A stretch of 42,329 bases of DNA, from UHGV virus genome UHGV-1357302. One strand, 5' to 3'. The notes under the pieces were generated by a model. It saw only the letters and a list, made by a program, of their open reading frames with translations. It searched no databases and was not told the origin of the DNA. Made by a program: the position numbers and the translations under genes. Within the stretch, counting starts at the first letter, position 1, and the number at the start of each line of letters is the position of its first letter. The DNA comes from a virus. This document shows positions 24,085 to 33,102 of the stretch, piece after piece.

Positions 24085-25689
24085 ATGAAGCTAAGACCAT
24101 ATCAAGAGGAAGCGCGTTCTGCTGTTCAAAATGAATGGCAGAATAACAAAAAGAAAACATTATTAGTTTTGCCTACAGGCTGTGGTAAAACGATAGTATT
24201 TAGCAAAATCATTGAAGACCGTGTAAGGGCAGGCGAGCGTGTGCTCGTCCTTGCTCATCGTGGTGAATTATTAGATCAAGCCTCTGACAAATTAGAAAAG
24301 TCAACAGGGATAAAAACAGCAACTGAAAAAGCAGAACAGACTAGTCTAGGCAGTTTTTTAAGAGTAGTTGTTGGTTCTGTGCAAACCATGCAACGAGAAA
24401 AACGTTTAAGTAAGTTTCCACCAGATTATTTTGACACTATAGTAGTTGATGAAGCTCACCACTGTATCAGTGAAGGGTATCAACGAGTATTAAAACATTT
24501 TGACAAATCGAATGTGTTAGGCGTAACCGCAACGCCAGATCGTGGAGACATGAGAAATTTAGGTTCTTATTTTGAAAGTTTAGCTTATGAATATTCGCTA
24601 GTACAAGCCATTAAAGAAGGCTATTTATCACCAATAAAGGCCCTAACTATTCCTTTAAAATTAGATTTATCAGGTGTAAAACAACAAACTGGCGATTTCT
24701 CTACTAAAGATTTAGGAACGGCATTAGATCCATACTTGGAACAAATTGCTGAAGAAATGGTTAAACACTGCATAAACAGGAAAACAGTTGTTTTTTTACC
24801 ATTAGTTAAAACTTCCAAGAAATTTAGAGACATTTTAAATAGTAAAGGTTTTAGAACTGCAGAAGTAAATGGAGATTCAAAGGATCGTCAAGAAATTTTA
24901 GAAGATTTCGACAATGATAAATATAACGTACTCTGTAACTCAATGTTACTAACAGAAGGCTGGGATTGTCCTTCGGTGGATTGTGTAGTCGTTTTAAGAC
25001 CAACAAAAGTTCGATCCTTATATTCTCAAATGATAGGACGTGGCACACGTTTATTTCCTGGAAAGGAAGAATTATTGCTTTTAGATTTTTTATGGCATAC
25101 AGAAAGACATGAGCTATGCCATCCAGCGCATTTGATAGCAAATAGTGATGAAGTAGCTAAAAAAATGACTGAAAATATTGAAGAAGCAGGTGCCCAAGGT
25201 TTCGCTATGGATATTGAAGAAGCTGAAGTTCAAGCAGAAAAAGATGTTATTGCAGAAAGAGAAGAAGCATTAGCAAAGCAGCTTGAAGAAATGCGTAAGC
25301 GTAAACGAAAATTAGTTGATCCTCTTCAATTTGAAATGTCTATCCAAGCGGAAGATTTAACTGGTTATGTTCCTAGTTTTGGATGGGAAATGGGGCCGCC
25401 TTCAAGTCAACAAGTTTCAGCATTAGAAAAATTAGGAATATTACCAGATGCAATTGATAACGCTGGTAAAGCTAGTCTAATACTTGATCGATTACAAAAA
25501 AGAAAAGAAGCTGGGTTGGCAACACCTAAGCAAATCAGATTATTGGAACAACGTGGATTTAAGAATGTCGGTACATGGTCCTTTGATGGTGCAAGTAAAA
25601 TGATTAATCGCATTGCTGCAAATGGATGGAGATTACCAAATGGTATTAATCCAAAAACATATCAAGAAGGTGGTACGCATGCCGTTTAA
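24085..25689 (+). CDS. SF2 DEAD/DEAH-box helicase
   Basis: ATG 24085 with GAAGGTGA RBS. Motif I LVLPTGCGKT, motif II VVDEAHH, motif III TATPDR, motif VI QMIGRGTRL. A C-terminal extension of about 170 aa. Confidence 0.8.
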   Translation: MKLRPYQEEARSAVQNEWQNNKKKTLLVLPTGCGKTIVFSKIIEDRVRAGERVLVLAHRGELLDQASDKLEKSTGIKTATEKAEQTSLGSFLRVVVGSVQTMQREKRLSKFPPDYFDTIVVDEAHHCISEGYQRVLKHFDKSNVLGVTATPDRGDMRNLGSYFESLAYEYSLVQAIKEGYLSPIKALTIPLKLDLSGVKQQTGDFSTKDLGTALDPYLEQIAEEMVKHCINRKTVVFLPLVKTSKKFRDILNSKGFRTAEVNGDSKDRQEILEDFDNDKYNVLCNSMLLTEGWDCPSVDCVVVLRPTKVRSLYSQMIGRGTRLFPGKEELLLLDFLWHTERHELCHPAHLIANSDEVAKKMTENIEEAGAQGFAMDIEEAEVQAEKDVIAEREEALAKQLEEMRKRKRKLVDPLQFEMSIQAEDLTGYVPSFGWEMGPPSSQQVSALEKLGILPDAIDNAGKASLILDRLQKRKEAGLATPKQIRLLEQRGFKNVGTWSFDGASKMINRIAANGWRLPNGINPKTYQEGGTHAV

Positions 25690-26005
25690 AAACAAACAAA
25701 TTGAACGGTTAGTTTATATAATAGAAAACATTCCTGATTGGGAAAATAATCCTACACTTGTTGAAGAGGTAAAAAAGCTACGTAAGCCTTCGCAAGAAGG
25801 CATTCATAAGTCGAAGACTAGAATAAGAAACAGAGCAATGGCCAGATATCGTTTATATGAAAATGGTAGTTATGTTACTACCCAGTCGATTAATATGCTA
25901 TCGGAATACACTGGTCTTTCAGAAATATCATTATATCAAATGCTGGATGTTGAGAGAGTAAACCGTGATGGTGTGCGTAGAAAAATTGAAAGATTGAAAA
26001 AATAA
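25679..26005 (+). CDS. hypothetical protein with C-terminal HTH-like segment (108 aa)
   Basis: Start at MPFKNKQ with GAAGGTGG RBS, overlapping the helicase stop by 11 nt. The track's start overlaps by 77 nt. Basic region KSKTRIRNRAMARYR. Confidence 0.45.
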   Translation: MPFKNKQIERLVYIIENIPDWENNPTLVEEVKKLRKPSQEGIHKSKTRIRNRAMARYRLYENGSYVTTQSINMLSEYTGLSEISLYQMLDVERVNRDGVRRKIERLKK

Positions 26006-26061
26006 CCAGAAGGGAGTGGAGTTTGTGGCCACAGTAAAGAATTCTTTACTCCTTTGAAATT

Positions 26062-26715
26062 ATGAAACTAACAACAGAAAAAATAAATGAACTGCTAGGT
26101 GTTGATGATGCCTACAAAGCGCCAGAAGCACTCATGAATATATTACTAAGTCGTGATAAGCGAGAAATCGTGTTTAACAAATTTTTAGAAATAGAAAATG
26201 ACTTAACTTTCGATTGGTTTCACGAATATTTTCAAGACGAACACGCTGATCGGAAAGTTAAGAAACAAGATTTTACGCCAAATTCTATTGGCGAAGTGAT
26301 TGCAAAAATCGTAGGACCTGGAAGCGGATTGACACATGAAGTAGCTTCTGGGACAGGTGGAATGATCATACAAAAATGGCGAGCAGACAGACTATCTATT
26401 GGTTTTTTTGAATATAAACCATCAATGACTTTTTACGATTTAGAGGAGTTATCTGATAGAACAATTCCGTTTCTGCTGTTCAATCTTGCTATTCGTGGGA
26501 TGAACGCCACCGTAGTCCACGGTGATTCGCTAGACAGAAAAATAAAACAGATTTACTTTTTACAAAATTCAAAAGATGATTCGTTGGCTTTTAGCGATGT
26601 AAATGTTATGCCGCACAGCGATGTGGTCACAAGAGAGTTTCAAGTCAAAGAATGGATAGAAGAAGCTATTGATCACATCGAAAGTCACATCGTGTTAGGA
26701 GGAGAAAACGAATGA
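26062..26715 (+). CDS. HsdM-like N6-adenine methyltransferase-fold protein lacking the NPPF/Y catalytic motif (pseudo-methyltransferase)
   Basis: Motif X/I: QDFTPNSIGEVIAKIV...HEVASGTGGMII (compare GQFFTP...DPAAGTAGFL in HsdM). HsdM-type helix FLLFNLAIRGMNATVVHGDSL (compare LALMNCLLHDIEG...GNTL). Where NPPF is expected the sequence reads FLQNSKDD. Only 217 aa. The stop overlaps the recombinase ATG (ATGA). Confidence 0.5.
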   Translation: MKLTTEKINELLGVDDAYKAPEALMNILLSRDKREIVFNKFLEIENDLTFDWFHEYFQDEHADRKVKKQDFTPNSIGEVIAKIVGPGSGLTHEVASGTGGMIIQKWRADRLSIGFFEYKPSMTFYDLEELSDRTIPFLLFNLAIRGMNATVVHGDSLDRKIKQIYFLQNSKDDSLAFSDVNVMPHSDVVTREFQVKEWIEEAIDHIESHIVLGGENE

Positions 26716-27656
26716 GCAAACGTCCCAGACTTTTTGCTGGCTATTTTTTAGAATGGATTGAAACTTACAAAGTCGGTGCAATTAGAGATATCTCAGTTAG
26801 TAAATATTATATAGCCCATAAACACCTTACTGAAATTTGCCCTGATTTAACGATAGATAAATTAGATAGAAAGGCTTATCAAAGCATTCTTAATGAATAC
26901 GCTCTGACACATGAGCGGCAAACAACAATGGATTTCCATCACCAAATTGGCAGCTGTGTAAGAGATATGTATCACGAAGGACTAATTAAACGTGATCCAA
27001 CCTACAAAGCGATTATCAAAGGAATACCGCCGAGACCAAAAAAGAAAAAATTCTTGCAAAAAGGCGAACTACAAAAGCTGTTGAAATCACTAGAACTTGG
27101 CGAAGGGATAAATATGGATTGGTTTATTTTACTGGTTGCAAAAACAGGAATGCGCTTTGCGGAAGCCATTGCGTTAACACCAGCTGATTTTGATTGGACC
27201 AGAAATACCGTCAGCATTAATAAAACATTGAACTATAAAAATTCTACAATGTTTTTTCAGGATACGAAAAACAAAAGTTCTGTTAGAACGATAAGCATTG
27301 ATTGGCAAATAGTTGGTCAGTTTAAACCGCTCATTGAAAATTTACCTCAAGATGAATTGATTTTTGTAAATCGAGATGAAAAGACAGGCAAATATAAACG
27401 AATTTTCAATTCAACATACAATTCCCACCTGATCAGAAAATGCAAAGAATCAGGAATCACTGTCATCACAATGCACGGACTTAGACACACGCATGCAAGT
27501 ATTTTACTCGCTGACGGGGTATCAACTCATAGTATAGCTAAGCGTCTAGGCCATTCAAGCGTGACTACTACTCAAGAAACATATATGCATATCATTGATG
27601 AATTGCAGAGTAAAGATGATGAAAAGATTCTTGGTGCATTGATGCAACTTTCCTAG
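26712..27656 (+). CDS. tyrosine site-specific recombinase (phage-integrase family), second recombinase of the element
   Basis: 314 aa. Box II HGLRHTHASILLADG and a catalytic Tyr in LGHSSVTTTQETYMHI. N-terminal SAM-like core-binding domain. No arm-binding domain. Translationally coupled to the HsdM-like ORF. Confidence 0.8.
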   Translation: MSKRPRLFAGYFLEWIETYKVGAIRDISVSKYYIAHKHLTEICPDLTIDKLDRKAYQSILNEYALTHERQTTMDFHHQIGSCVRDMYHEGLIKRDPTYKAIIKGIPPRPKKKKFLQKGELQKLLKSLELGEGINMDWFILLVAKTGMRFAEAIALTPADFDWTRNTVSINKTLNYKNSTMFFQDTKNKSSVRTISIDWQIVGQFKPLIENLPQDELIFVNRDEKTGKYKRIFNSTYNSHLIRKCKESGITVITMHGLRHTHASILLADGVSTHSIAKRLGHSSVTTTQETYMHIIDELQSKDDEKILGALMQLS

Positions 27657-27668
27657 TGTGGTGATTTC

Positions 27669-28241
27669 ATGTATAGAAAATGGACAGAAGACGAACTAGT
27701 GTATTTAGAGTATTTCGTTTTTGAAAACGATACTCAGCTAATTGAAGCTTCTAAGTACTTGAATAGAAGCATCAATGCGATTAGAAAAAAATTATGTAAA
27801 ATGCGAAAAGAAGATGATTTTAGATGCTACATGCACCGTCTATGGTCTGAAAAAGAGGATGAGTTCTTAAAAAAGCACTATCTATCTATGAAAAATAAGT
27901 ATATAGCTGATAGGTTAAATCGTACAGTTGGAGCTGTTGAGTTTAGGGCTAAAAAATTAGGGCTGACAAAGCACAAGAAGATTAAAGAGCTAGATACAGA
28001 AATCCGACGTTTGATTGACGAAGATTACTACCTCAGCCAAATATGCACAAAATTAAACATTAAGATGTCGTCTCTAATCGCACATTGCCAACGTGAAAAA
28101 ATCCCTTATAAAAAAATGCCTAGAACTGAGTATAAAAACTATGGTAAACACGTTTGGAATGTGCAAGATAAAGTGAGATTCCAAGAATATTTAAGCAAAC
28201 AAGAGTTGAAAGCGAGTGAAGAAGATGATTCCAAAGTTTAG
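27669..28241 (+). CDS. hypothetical protein with tandem W-x-E/D-rich (Myb/SANT-like) helix repeats
   Basis: WTEDELVYLEYF... and WSEKEDEFLKKHY... units are each followed by basic helices (IRKKLCKMRK; RAKKLGL). Confidence 0.45.
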   Translation: MYRKWTEDELVYLEYFVFENDTQLIEASKYLNRSINAIRKKLCKMRKEDDFRCYMHRLWSEKEDEFLKKHYLSMKNKYIADRLNRTVGAVEFRAKKLGLTKHKKIKELDTEIRRLIDEDYYLSQICTKLNIKMSSLIAHCQREKIPYKKMPRTEYKNYGKHVWNVQDKVRFQEYLSKQELKASEEDDSKV

Positions 28242-28584
28242 AGCAAGAGATGAACGAGGAAATTGGCATGTTGGACTTCTAACTTTTATGTTTGGCCAGT
28301 ATGCCATCGTAAATGAAGTAGATGAAAACACGGTTTATTTGATTGATAAGGAAACAGTCGGACAGTCAACAGGCTTGAAAGACAAGAACGGTATGGATAT
28401 TTCCGAGGGTGATATTGGCTGGGATGACCATCAAGAAGTGCACGGACAAGTAATTTTTGAAAATGGTGCATTTAAATATGAGTGGGACAATATATCTGAG
28501 GATTTATTTGAAGCTACCGACGATATTGAGATTGTTGGGAATATCTACGAGAATCTAGAACTGTTGGAGGGAATCGGATCATGA
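28225..28584 (+). CDS. YopX-family protein
   Basis: MIPKFRARDERGNWHVG...GDIGWDD matches the typical YopX N-terminus (FRAWDK.NG.W..G...). The track's GTG start is 9 nt earlier. Confidence 0.6.
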   Translation: MIPKFRARDERGNWHVGLLTFMFGQYAIVNEVDENTVYLIDKETVGQSTGLKDKNGMDISEGDIGWDDHQEVHGQVIFENGAFKYEWDNISEDLFEATDDIEIVGNIYENLELLEGIGS

Positions 28585-28717
28585 CAATGATAGAAAAAAT
28601 GGATAAGCTGCTAAAAAAGTTAGAAAATTCTCCTGATGAACTAGAAAAATTTATGAAGGAGTTTAAGCGAAGCAGCAAATGTCAAAGTATCAGAGATGTT
28701 GATCAGGAGGAAGAAGA

Positions 28718-28912
28718 ATGAATAGTTCAGAAGCAATAGCTAAAATACAAGAATTACAAGATATCTACGGTGGCATTGAAATCTTGGTAAATGCTCAAGG
28801 ATCAGACAACGGCTTTTTCAAAATTATCACCAGTGTTGAAATTCAAGAAGGCATGTGTGATGAAGATGGGGGGTTTATTGACGAGAGAGTTATTTTAATC
28901 TCATGTGAATAG
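28718..28912 (+). CDS. hypothetical protein (64 aa)
   Basis: RBS GGAGGAAGAAGAATG. Confidence 0.4.
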   Translation: MNSSEAIAKIQELQDIYGGIEILVNAQGSDNGFFKIITSVEIQEGMCDEDGGFIDERVILISCE

Positions 28913-28923
28913 GAGGAACAGCG

Positions 28924-29442
28924 ATGAATAAACAAGAATTGATTGAAGAATTAGAATGCATAGAAGTTTCTACAGACAGCCTTGATTGTTTGAAAGGTGC
29001 TGACTATGCCAACGAAAGAGCAATTAAATTAGCAAAACAACTAGATGAACCGATAAAAGTTGTTGTTCCGAAGTTTGTTGCGGAATGGCTTGATAAACAT
29101 AAGTATTCCACTGATATAATTGATCTCTTTTTAAGCGTTGAGTACGCAACTGATTCAGATGGGTTTGTTGCTGAAAAATGGGATTACAGCGGAGAATTTT
29201 ATGATTGGTTGAGTAATAGTGCAGACATACAGTTTACGTTGTGCGACGCTATGAGGTACGGCTACGAAGTCGAGAAAGAGCAATTGTATTATGTGAAGTT
29301 GCCAGAAATTGGGTATATGCGTTTCGGTAAAAAGTATTTCTATTCAACTGATAAAGAAGATGCAAAACGATATACAGAAAACCAAATCAAAGCAATTGAT
29401 GAGCGTTACTGGCCGTTTGCTGTGAAGGTGGAGGAAGAATAG
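28924..29442 (+). CDS. hypothetical protein (DUF1642-like, 172 aa)
   Basis: AGGAGG RBS. This family is common in the early regions of Firmicutes phages (recall). Confidence 0.45.
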   Translation: MNKQELIEELECIEVSTDSLDCLKGADYANERAIKLAKQLDEPIKVVVPKFVAEWLDKHKYSTDIIDLFLSVEYATDSDGFVAEKWDYSGEFYDWLSNSADIQFTLCDAMRYGYEVEKEQLYYVKLPEIGYMRFGKKYFYSTDKEDAKRYTENQIKAIDERYWPFAVKVEEE

Positions 29443-29622
29443 ATGCTTTTAGAAGAATTGAAATTTACAACGCCAAAACAAAAAGAATTGTTCAAATCAA
29501 TCGTAGAGGATAAGCGCCGATTATTAGACAATGAAATCGAAAAATTATATGAGCAGTATTTTAAGCCAGCAGATTCGAGAAAAATTGAAAACTTAATTAA
29601 TGGGAAAATGGAGGCTGAATAA
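29443..29622 (+). CDS. small hypothetical protein (59 aa)
   Basis: ATG immediately after the previous stop. GGAGGAAGAATAGATG context. Charged, helical. Confidence 0.3.
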   Translation: MLLEELKFTTPKQKELFKSIVEDKRRLLDNEIEKLYEQYFKPADSRKIENLINGKMEAE

Positions 29623-29816
29623 ATGGAAACTATCTTGTATATACTGCTGCTTATGTGGCTTAGCTTTTTAATCGGTTACATTGTTAGCGCCACAAATATC
29701 TTAAAGTGATGAGAGCTGCAATTGACTATGAACGAAATTTTCCTATGGGCAACTATCGATATGGATGGATTGATTGTTTATATTTCATTCTTAACAGTAA
29801 CAGAAAGGACAGATAG

Positions 29817-29990
29817 ATGAAAACAGCTGAAGAAGAAATCAATGAATTACTCAGCAAATACAATTTTGATTTAGCGGTTTTAAAGGATATTAGCTATAGA
29901 TTATCTTGCTGTAGAGATGAAGCATATGCAAGACAGCAACTGCGATATTTAAAGAATCAAATTATCATGGGATTTGCAACTGAAAAATAA
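29817..29990 (+). CDS. small hypothetical protein (57 aa)
   Basis: Sequence is MKTAEEEINELLSKYNFDLAVLKDISYRLSCCRDEAYARQQLRYLKNQIIMGFATEK. Two tiny hydrophobic ORFs (29623-29709 and 29728-29820) precede it. Coordinates are accurate only to within a couple of nt. Confidence 0.3.
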   Translation: MKTAEEEINELLSKYNFDLAVLKDISYRLSCCRDEAYARQQLRYLKNQIIMGFATEK

Positions 29991-30012
29991 AAAAAGAGAG
30001 CTGAACATACAA

Positions 30013-32232
30013 ATGGAGAACAAGTTAGATTTAATTGAGTTACTAGAATACATTGACCCAGCTTCTCTTGGTTACCAGGAGTGGGTCAATGTTGGAATGG
30101 CGCTAAAACAAGAAGGGTACACAGCTGTCGATTGGGATCAATGGAGCCAATCAGATAGCCGATATCACTCAGGAGAATGTTTTAAAAAATGGGAGTCTTT
30201 TCAAGGAACCTCTTCACCAATTACGGGTGCTACAATTACACAGTTGGCCAAAGAAAACGGATGGACTTCGCCATTCAAATCAGGAGATGGTGGCCATGAG
30301 CTGGATTGGAATGATACTTTACAAAAAGATGACCTGGTTATCATTGACCGAAATTGGATTGAAGGAAAAGAAATTCAGGAACCTAAGAAGTGGGAGCCAG
30401 CGAAAGAAATTATTCGCTATTTAGAAACATTGTTTGAACCGTCTGAAACAGTGGCTTACAATGTCCAGTCGTGGCAAGACGAAGATGGAAAGTGGAAACC
30501 TTCTAACAAAGGTGCATATGACAGAACTGCCGGTCAGTTAATCGAAGAATTGACCCATTGCGGGGATGACATTGGAGCAGTACTAGGGGACTATAATGAA
30601 GAAGCTGGGGCTTGGATTCGTTTTAATCCTATGGATGGAAAAGGCGTAAAAAATGACAATGTAACAGAATTTAGATATGCATTAGTAGAGTCTGACAATA
30701 TGGGGCTTGAACAACAAAATGCTATCATGCGAGAACTAGAGCTTCCTATTGCTGCCATGCTGTATAGCGGAAAGAAATCAATACATGCTATCGTTCGAGT
30801 AGATGCAGATAACTATGCTGAATATAGAAAGCGTGTTGATTACTTATATGATGTCTGCAAAAAGAATGGGTTAACGAATGATAATCAAAATAGAAATCCT
30901 TCTCGTTTAAGCCGAATGCCTGGTGTACTGCGTGGAGACAAAAAACAATTTATTATCGATACCAATTTAGGAAAATCTACTTGGGACGAGTGGAAAGAAT
31001 GGATTGAAAGCGTTAATGACGATTTGCCTGATCCAGAAAGCCTAGAAGATTTGTTCGCAAAACCGATTGAATTAGCACCAGAACTAATTAAAGGCATGCT
31101 AAGACAAGGCCATAAGATGCTTATAGCTGGTCCATCAAAAGCCGGAAAGTCCTTTTCGTTGATACAATTAGCTATTGCAATTGCTGAAGGTCGCCAATGG
31201 TTCGGTTTTGATTGCGAAAAAGGGAAGGTATTATATGTAAACCTTGAGTTAGATGAACGGTCCGCAAAAGTTCGTTTTGTTGATATCTATGAAAAATTAG
31301 GTCAGGGCCACTCCAATGTATCAAATATTGATATATGGAATTTACGTGGAAAGACAAGTCCAATGGATAAATTGGCGCCTAAGTTGATTAGACGTGCACA
31401 GAAATCTAATTACATGGCTGTGATTATTGATCCAATCTATAAAGTTCTGACTGGTGATGAAAATAGCGCCCATGAAATGGCTAAGTTTACCAACCAGTTC
31501 GACAAAATAGCTACGGAATTAGATTGTGCAGTAATCTATTGCCATCATCATTCAAAAGGATCGCAAGGAGGTAAAAATTCAATTGATCGTTCAAGTGGTA
31601 GCGGAGTATTTGCTAGGGATCCCGATGCGATTTTAGATTTAATTGAGTTGCCTATTACAGAAGATAGGTATATGGCTTTAGAGAATGAAGCGATTTGTCA
31701 GACTTATGAACAAGCAATAAAAAAATATAATCCATCATATAACGCCATTAGCCAAGATGATATATTTAGTACAAAACAAATGGGAATGCACTTAATGAGT
31801 GCAATTAAATCTCAAACTATTTTACAGGAAGTTGAATTAGATAGACAAAAAGCAGTTCGTGCAGCTCGGCAATGCACGGCTTGGAGAATTGATGGTACGC
31901 TGCGGGAATTCCCTAAGTTTGATCCTATCAATGCATGGTTCAAATATCCTATTCATGTCCTCGATGATTCATTGAAAGATATTTCGCTAGAAGACAATCC
32001 TAAAGAAAACTGGAAAAAAGGTGTTAGTAAGTCTAATCAATCGAGAAGTGAAAAATCTAAGCAAGAACTAGAAACAGCGTTCAGTGCATTGTCTATGGAT
32101 GGTGGACCAGTAGAAGTTAGTGATATGATTGAATATTTAGATATTACCAAACAATCGGTATACAACAGAGTAAAAAAACATAGTGGATTTAAAATAGAGG
32201 GTGGTTTTTTAAGTAAAATAAACTCTGACTAG
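30013..32232 (+). CDS. replicative primase-helicase (primase/polymerase-like N-terminus, P4/D5-type P-loop NTPase centre, C-terminal HTH)
   Basis: ATG MENKLDLIELL (the track's earlier start is a TTG). Walker A LIAGPSKAGKSFSL. Walker B MAVIIDPIYK followed by CHHHSKG. C-terminal HTH ITKQSVYNRVKK. The origin-like repeats follow directly downstream. Confidence 0.8.
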   Translation: MENKLDLIELLEYIDPASLGYQEWVNVGMALKQEGYTAVDWDQWSQSDSRYHSGECFKKWESFQGTSSPITGATITQLAKENGWTSPFKSGDGGHELDWNDTLQKDDLVIIDRNWIEGKEIQEPKKWEPAKEIIRYLETLFEPSETVAYNVQSWQDEDGKWKPSNKGAYDRTAGQLIEELTHCGDDIGAVLGDYNEEAGAWIRFNPMDGKGVKNDNVTEFRYALVESDNMGLEQQNAIMRELELPIAAMLYSGKKSIHAIVRVDADNYAEYRKRVDYLYDVCKKNGLTNDNQNRNPSRLSRMPGVLRGDKKQFIIDTNLGKSTWDEWKEWIESVNDDLPDPESLEDLFAKPIELAPELIKGMLRQGHKMLIAGPSKAGKSFSLIQLAIAIAEGRQWFGFDCEKGKVLYVNLELDERSAKVRFVDIYEKLGQGHSNVSNIDIWNLRGKTSPMDKLAPKLIRRAQKSNYMAVIIDPIYKVLTGDENSAHEMAKFTNQFDKIATELDCAVIYCHHHSKGSQGGKNSIDRSSGSGVFARDPDAILDLIELPITEDRYMALENEAICQTYEQAIKKYNPSYNAISQDDIFSTKQMGMHLMSAIKSQTILQEVELDRQKAVRAARQCTAWRIDGTLREFPKFDPINAWFKYPIHVLDDSLKDISLEDNPKENWKKGVSKSNQSRSEKSKQELETAFSALSMDGGPVEVSDMIEYLDITKQSVYNRVKKHSGFKIEGGFLSKINSD

Positions 32233-32234
32233 CG

Positions 32235-32317
32235 TAAATATCTATTTAGCTATTTAAAGCTATTTACAAAACGTAGTATCCGTTAAATATCTATTTAGCT
32301 ATTTAAAGCTATTTACA
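32235..32317. repeat. two 34-nt direct repeats (32235-32268 and 32284-32317), each with three CTATTTA iterons; candidate replication origin
   Basis: taaatatctatttagctatttaaagctatttaca is repeated exactly, with a 15-nt spacer. Located immediately 3' of the primase gene. Confidence 0.6.
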
Positions 32318-32348
32318 GTCAAAAAACATTGTTATACCGCTGTCCGCT

Positions 32349-32395
32349 ACCCTTATCAATAGCTCCCTTCCAGGGATAGCTATTGATAAAAGGGT
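32349..32395. repeat. imperfect 20-bp-arm palindrome (cccttatcaatagctccct / agggatagctattgataaaaggg)
   Basis: Inverted repeat centred near 32370, next to the iterons. It is not followed by a T-tract, so it is not a standard terminator. Confidence 0.5.
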
Positions 32396-32476
32396 GGAGC
32401 GTGACAAAAATAGAATTTGAAAGAACGAAAAATATTGGACTATACCAAAATAAAATAACAAGAAATGAGGATTGTT

Positions 32477-32872
32477 ATGATTGAATTTTTTCTAAACATA
32501 ATTCCGCCAGAAACTACCCATCAGCAGAAGAAAGTCCATGTGGTGAAAAACAAGCCAGTATTTTATGAGCCAGACGATTTGAAAAAGGCACGTGCTAAGT
32601 TGATGGCTCACTTATCGAAACATGTACCGAATGAAAAATTTGAGGTGCCTGTTCGGATGATGGTGAAGTGGTGTTTCCCAGTTGTGGGCAATCATAGTAA
32701 TGGTGAGTACAAATATACAAAACCCGACTTAGATAATAGTAATAAGCTGTTGCAAGACTGTATGACAAAACTGAATTTCTGGAAAGATGACAGCTATGTT
32801 GTCAGTTTAATCACTGAAAAGTTTTGGGCAGATGTTCCAGGGATTTATATCAAAGTGGAGGCGATTGAATGA
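32477..32872 (+). CDS. rusA: RusA-family Holliday-junction resolvase
   Basis: 131 aa from ATG 32477 (GAGGA RBS). Conserved acidic core KPDLDNSNKLLQDCMT...WKDDSYV typical of RusA. Confidence 0.75.
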   Translation: MIEFFLNIIPPETTHQQKKVHVVKNKPVFYEPDDLKKARAKLMAHLSKHVPNEKFEVPVRMMVKWCFPVVGNHSNGEYKYTKPDLDNSNKLLQDCMTKLNFWKDDSYVVSLITEKFWADVPGIYIKVEAIE

Positions 32873-33102
32873 ATTGGTCCAATGTATTTATAGATATTCA
32901 ACAATGGATGGCTGATTCTAACCATATATCTAAAAAATATCCAATCACTTCAGATAAATATTGGGATTGGTTAATACAGTCAATCGGAGAATTAGGAAAT
33001 CGCTATAACAATCATCCAGTTGTATTAGCATTCTTAACGGTATTGATCAAAATTCAAGAAGATAGTTATAAACAGGTTGTGGGAGGTAATGCCAATGGCT
33101 GA
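32869..33102 (+). CDS. hypothetical protein (77 aa)
   Basis: ATGA overlap with rusA. Confidence 0.4.
   Translation: MNWSNVFIDIQQWMADSNHISKKYPITSDKYWDWLIQSIGELGNRYNNHPVVLAFLTVLIKIQEDSYKQVVGGNANG

Noticed and set aside
26062-26715. A functional Type I/II N6-adenine DNA methyltransferase
   Set aside because: The S-adenosylmethionine-binding motifs are present, but the catalytic NPP(F/Y/W) tetrad and the remainder of the catalytic and target-recognition domains are absent. No complementing fragment was found in other frames up to 26900.
32235-32317. A CRISPR array at the direct repeats after the primase
   Set aside because: There are only two repeat copies. They are AT-rich, iteron-like and internally repetitive, the spacer is 15 nt, and there are no cas genes. 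The origin interpretation fits far better.
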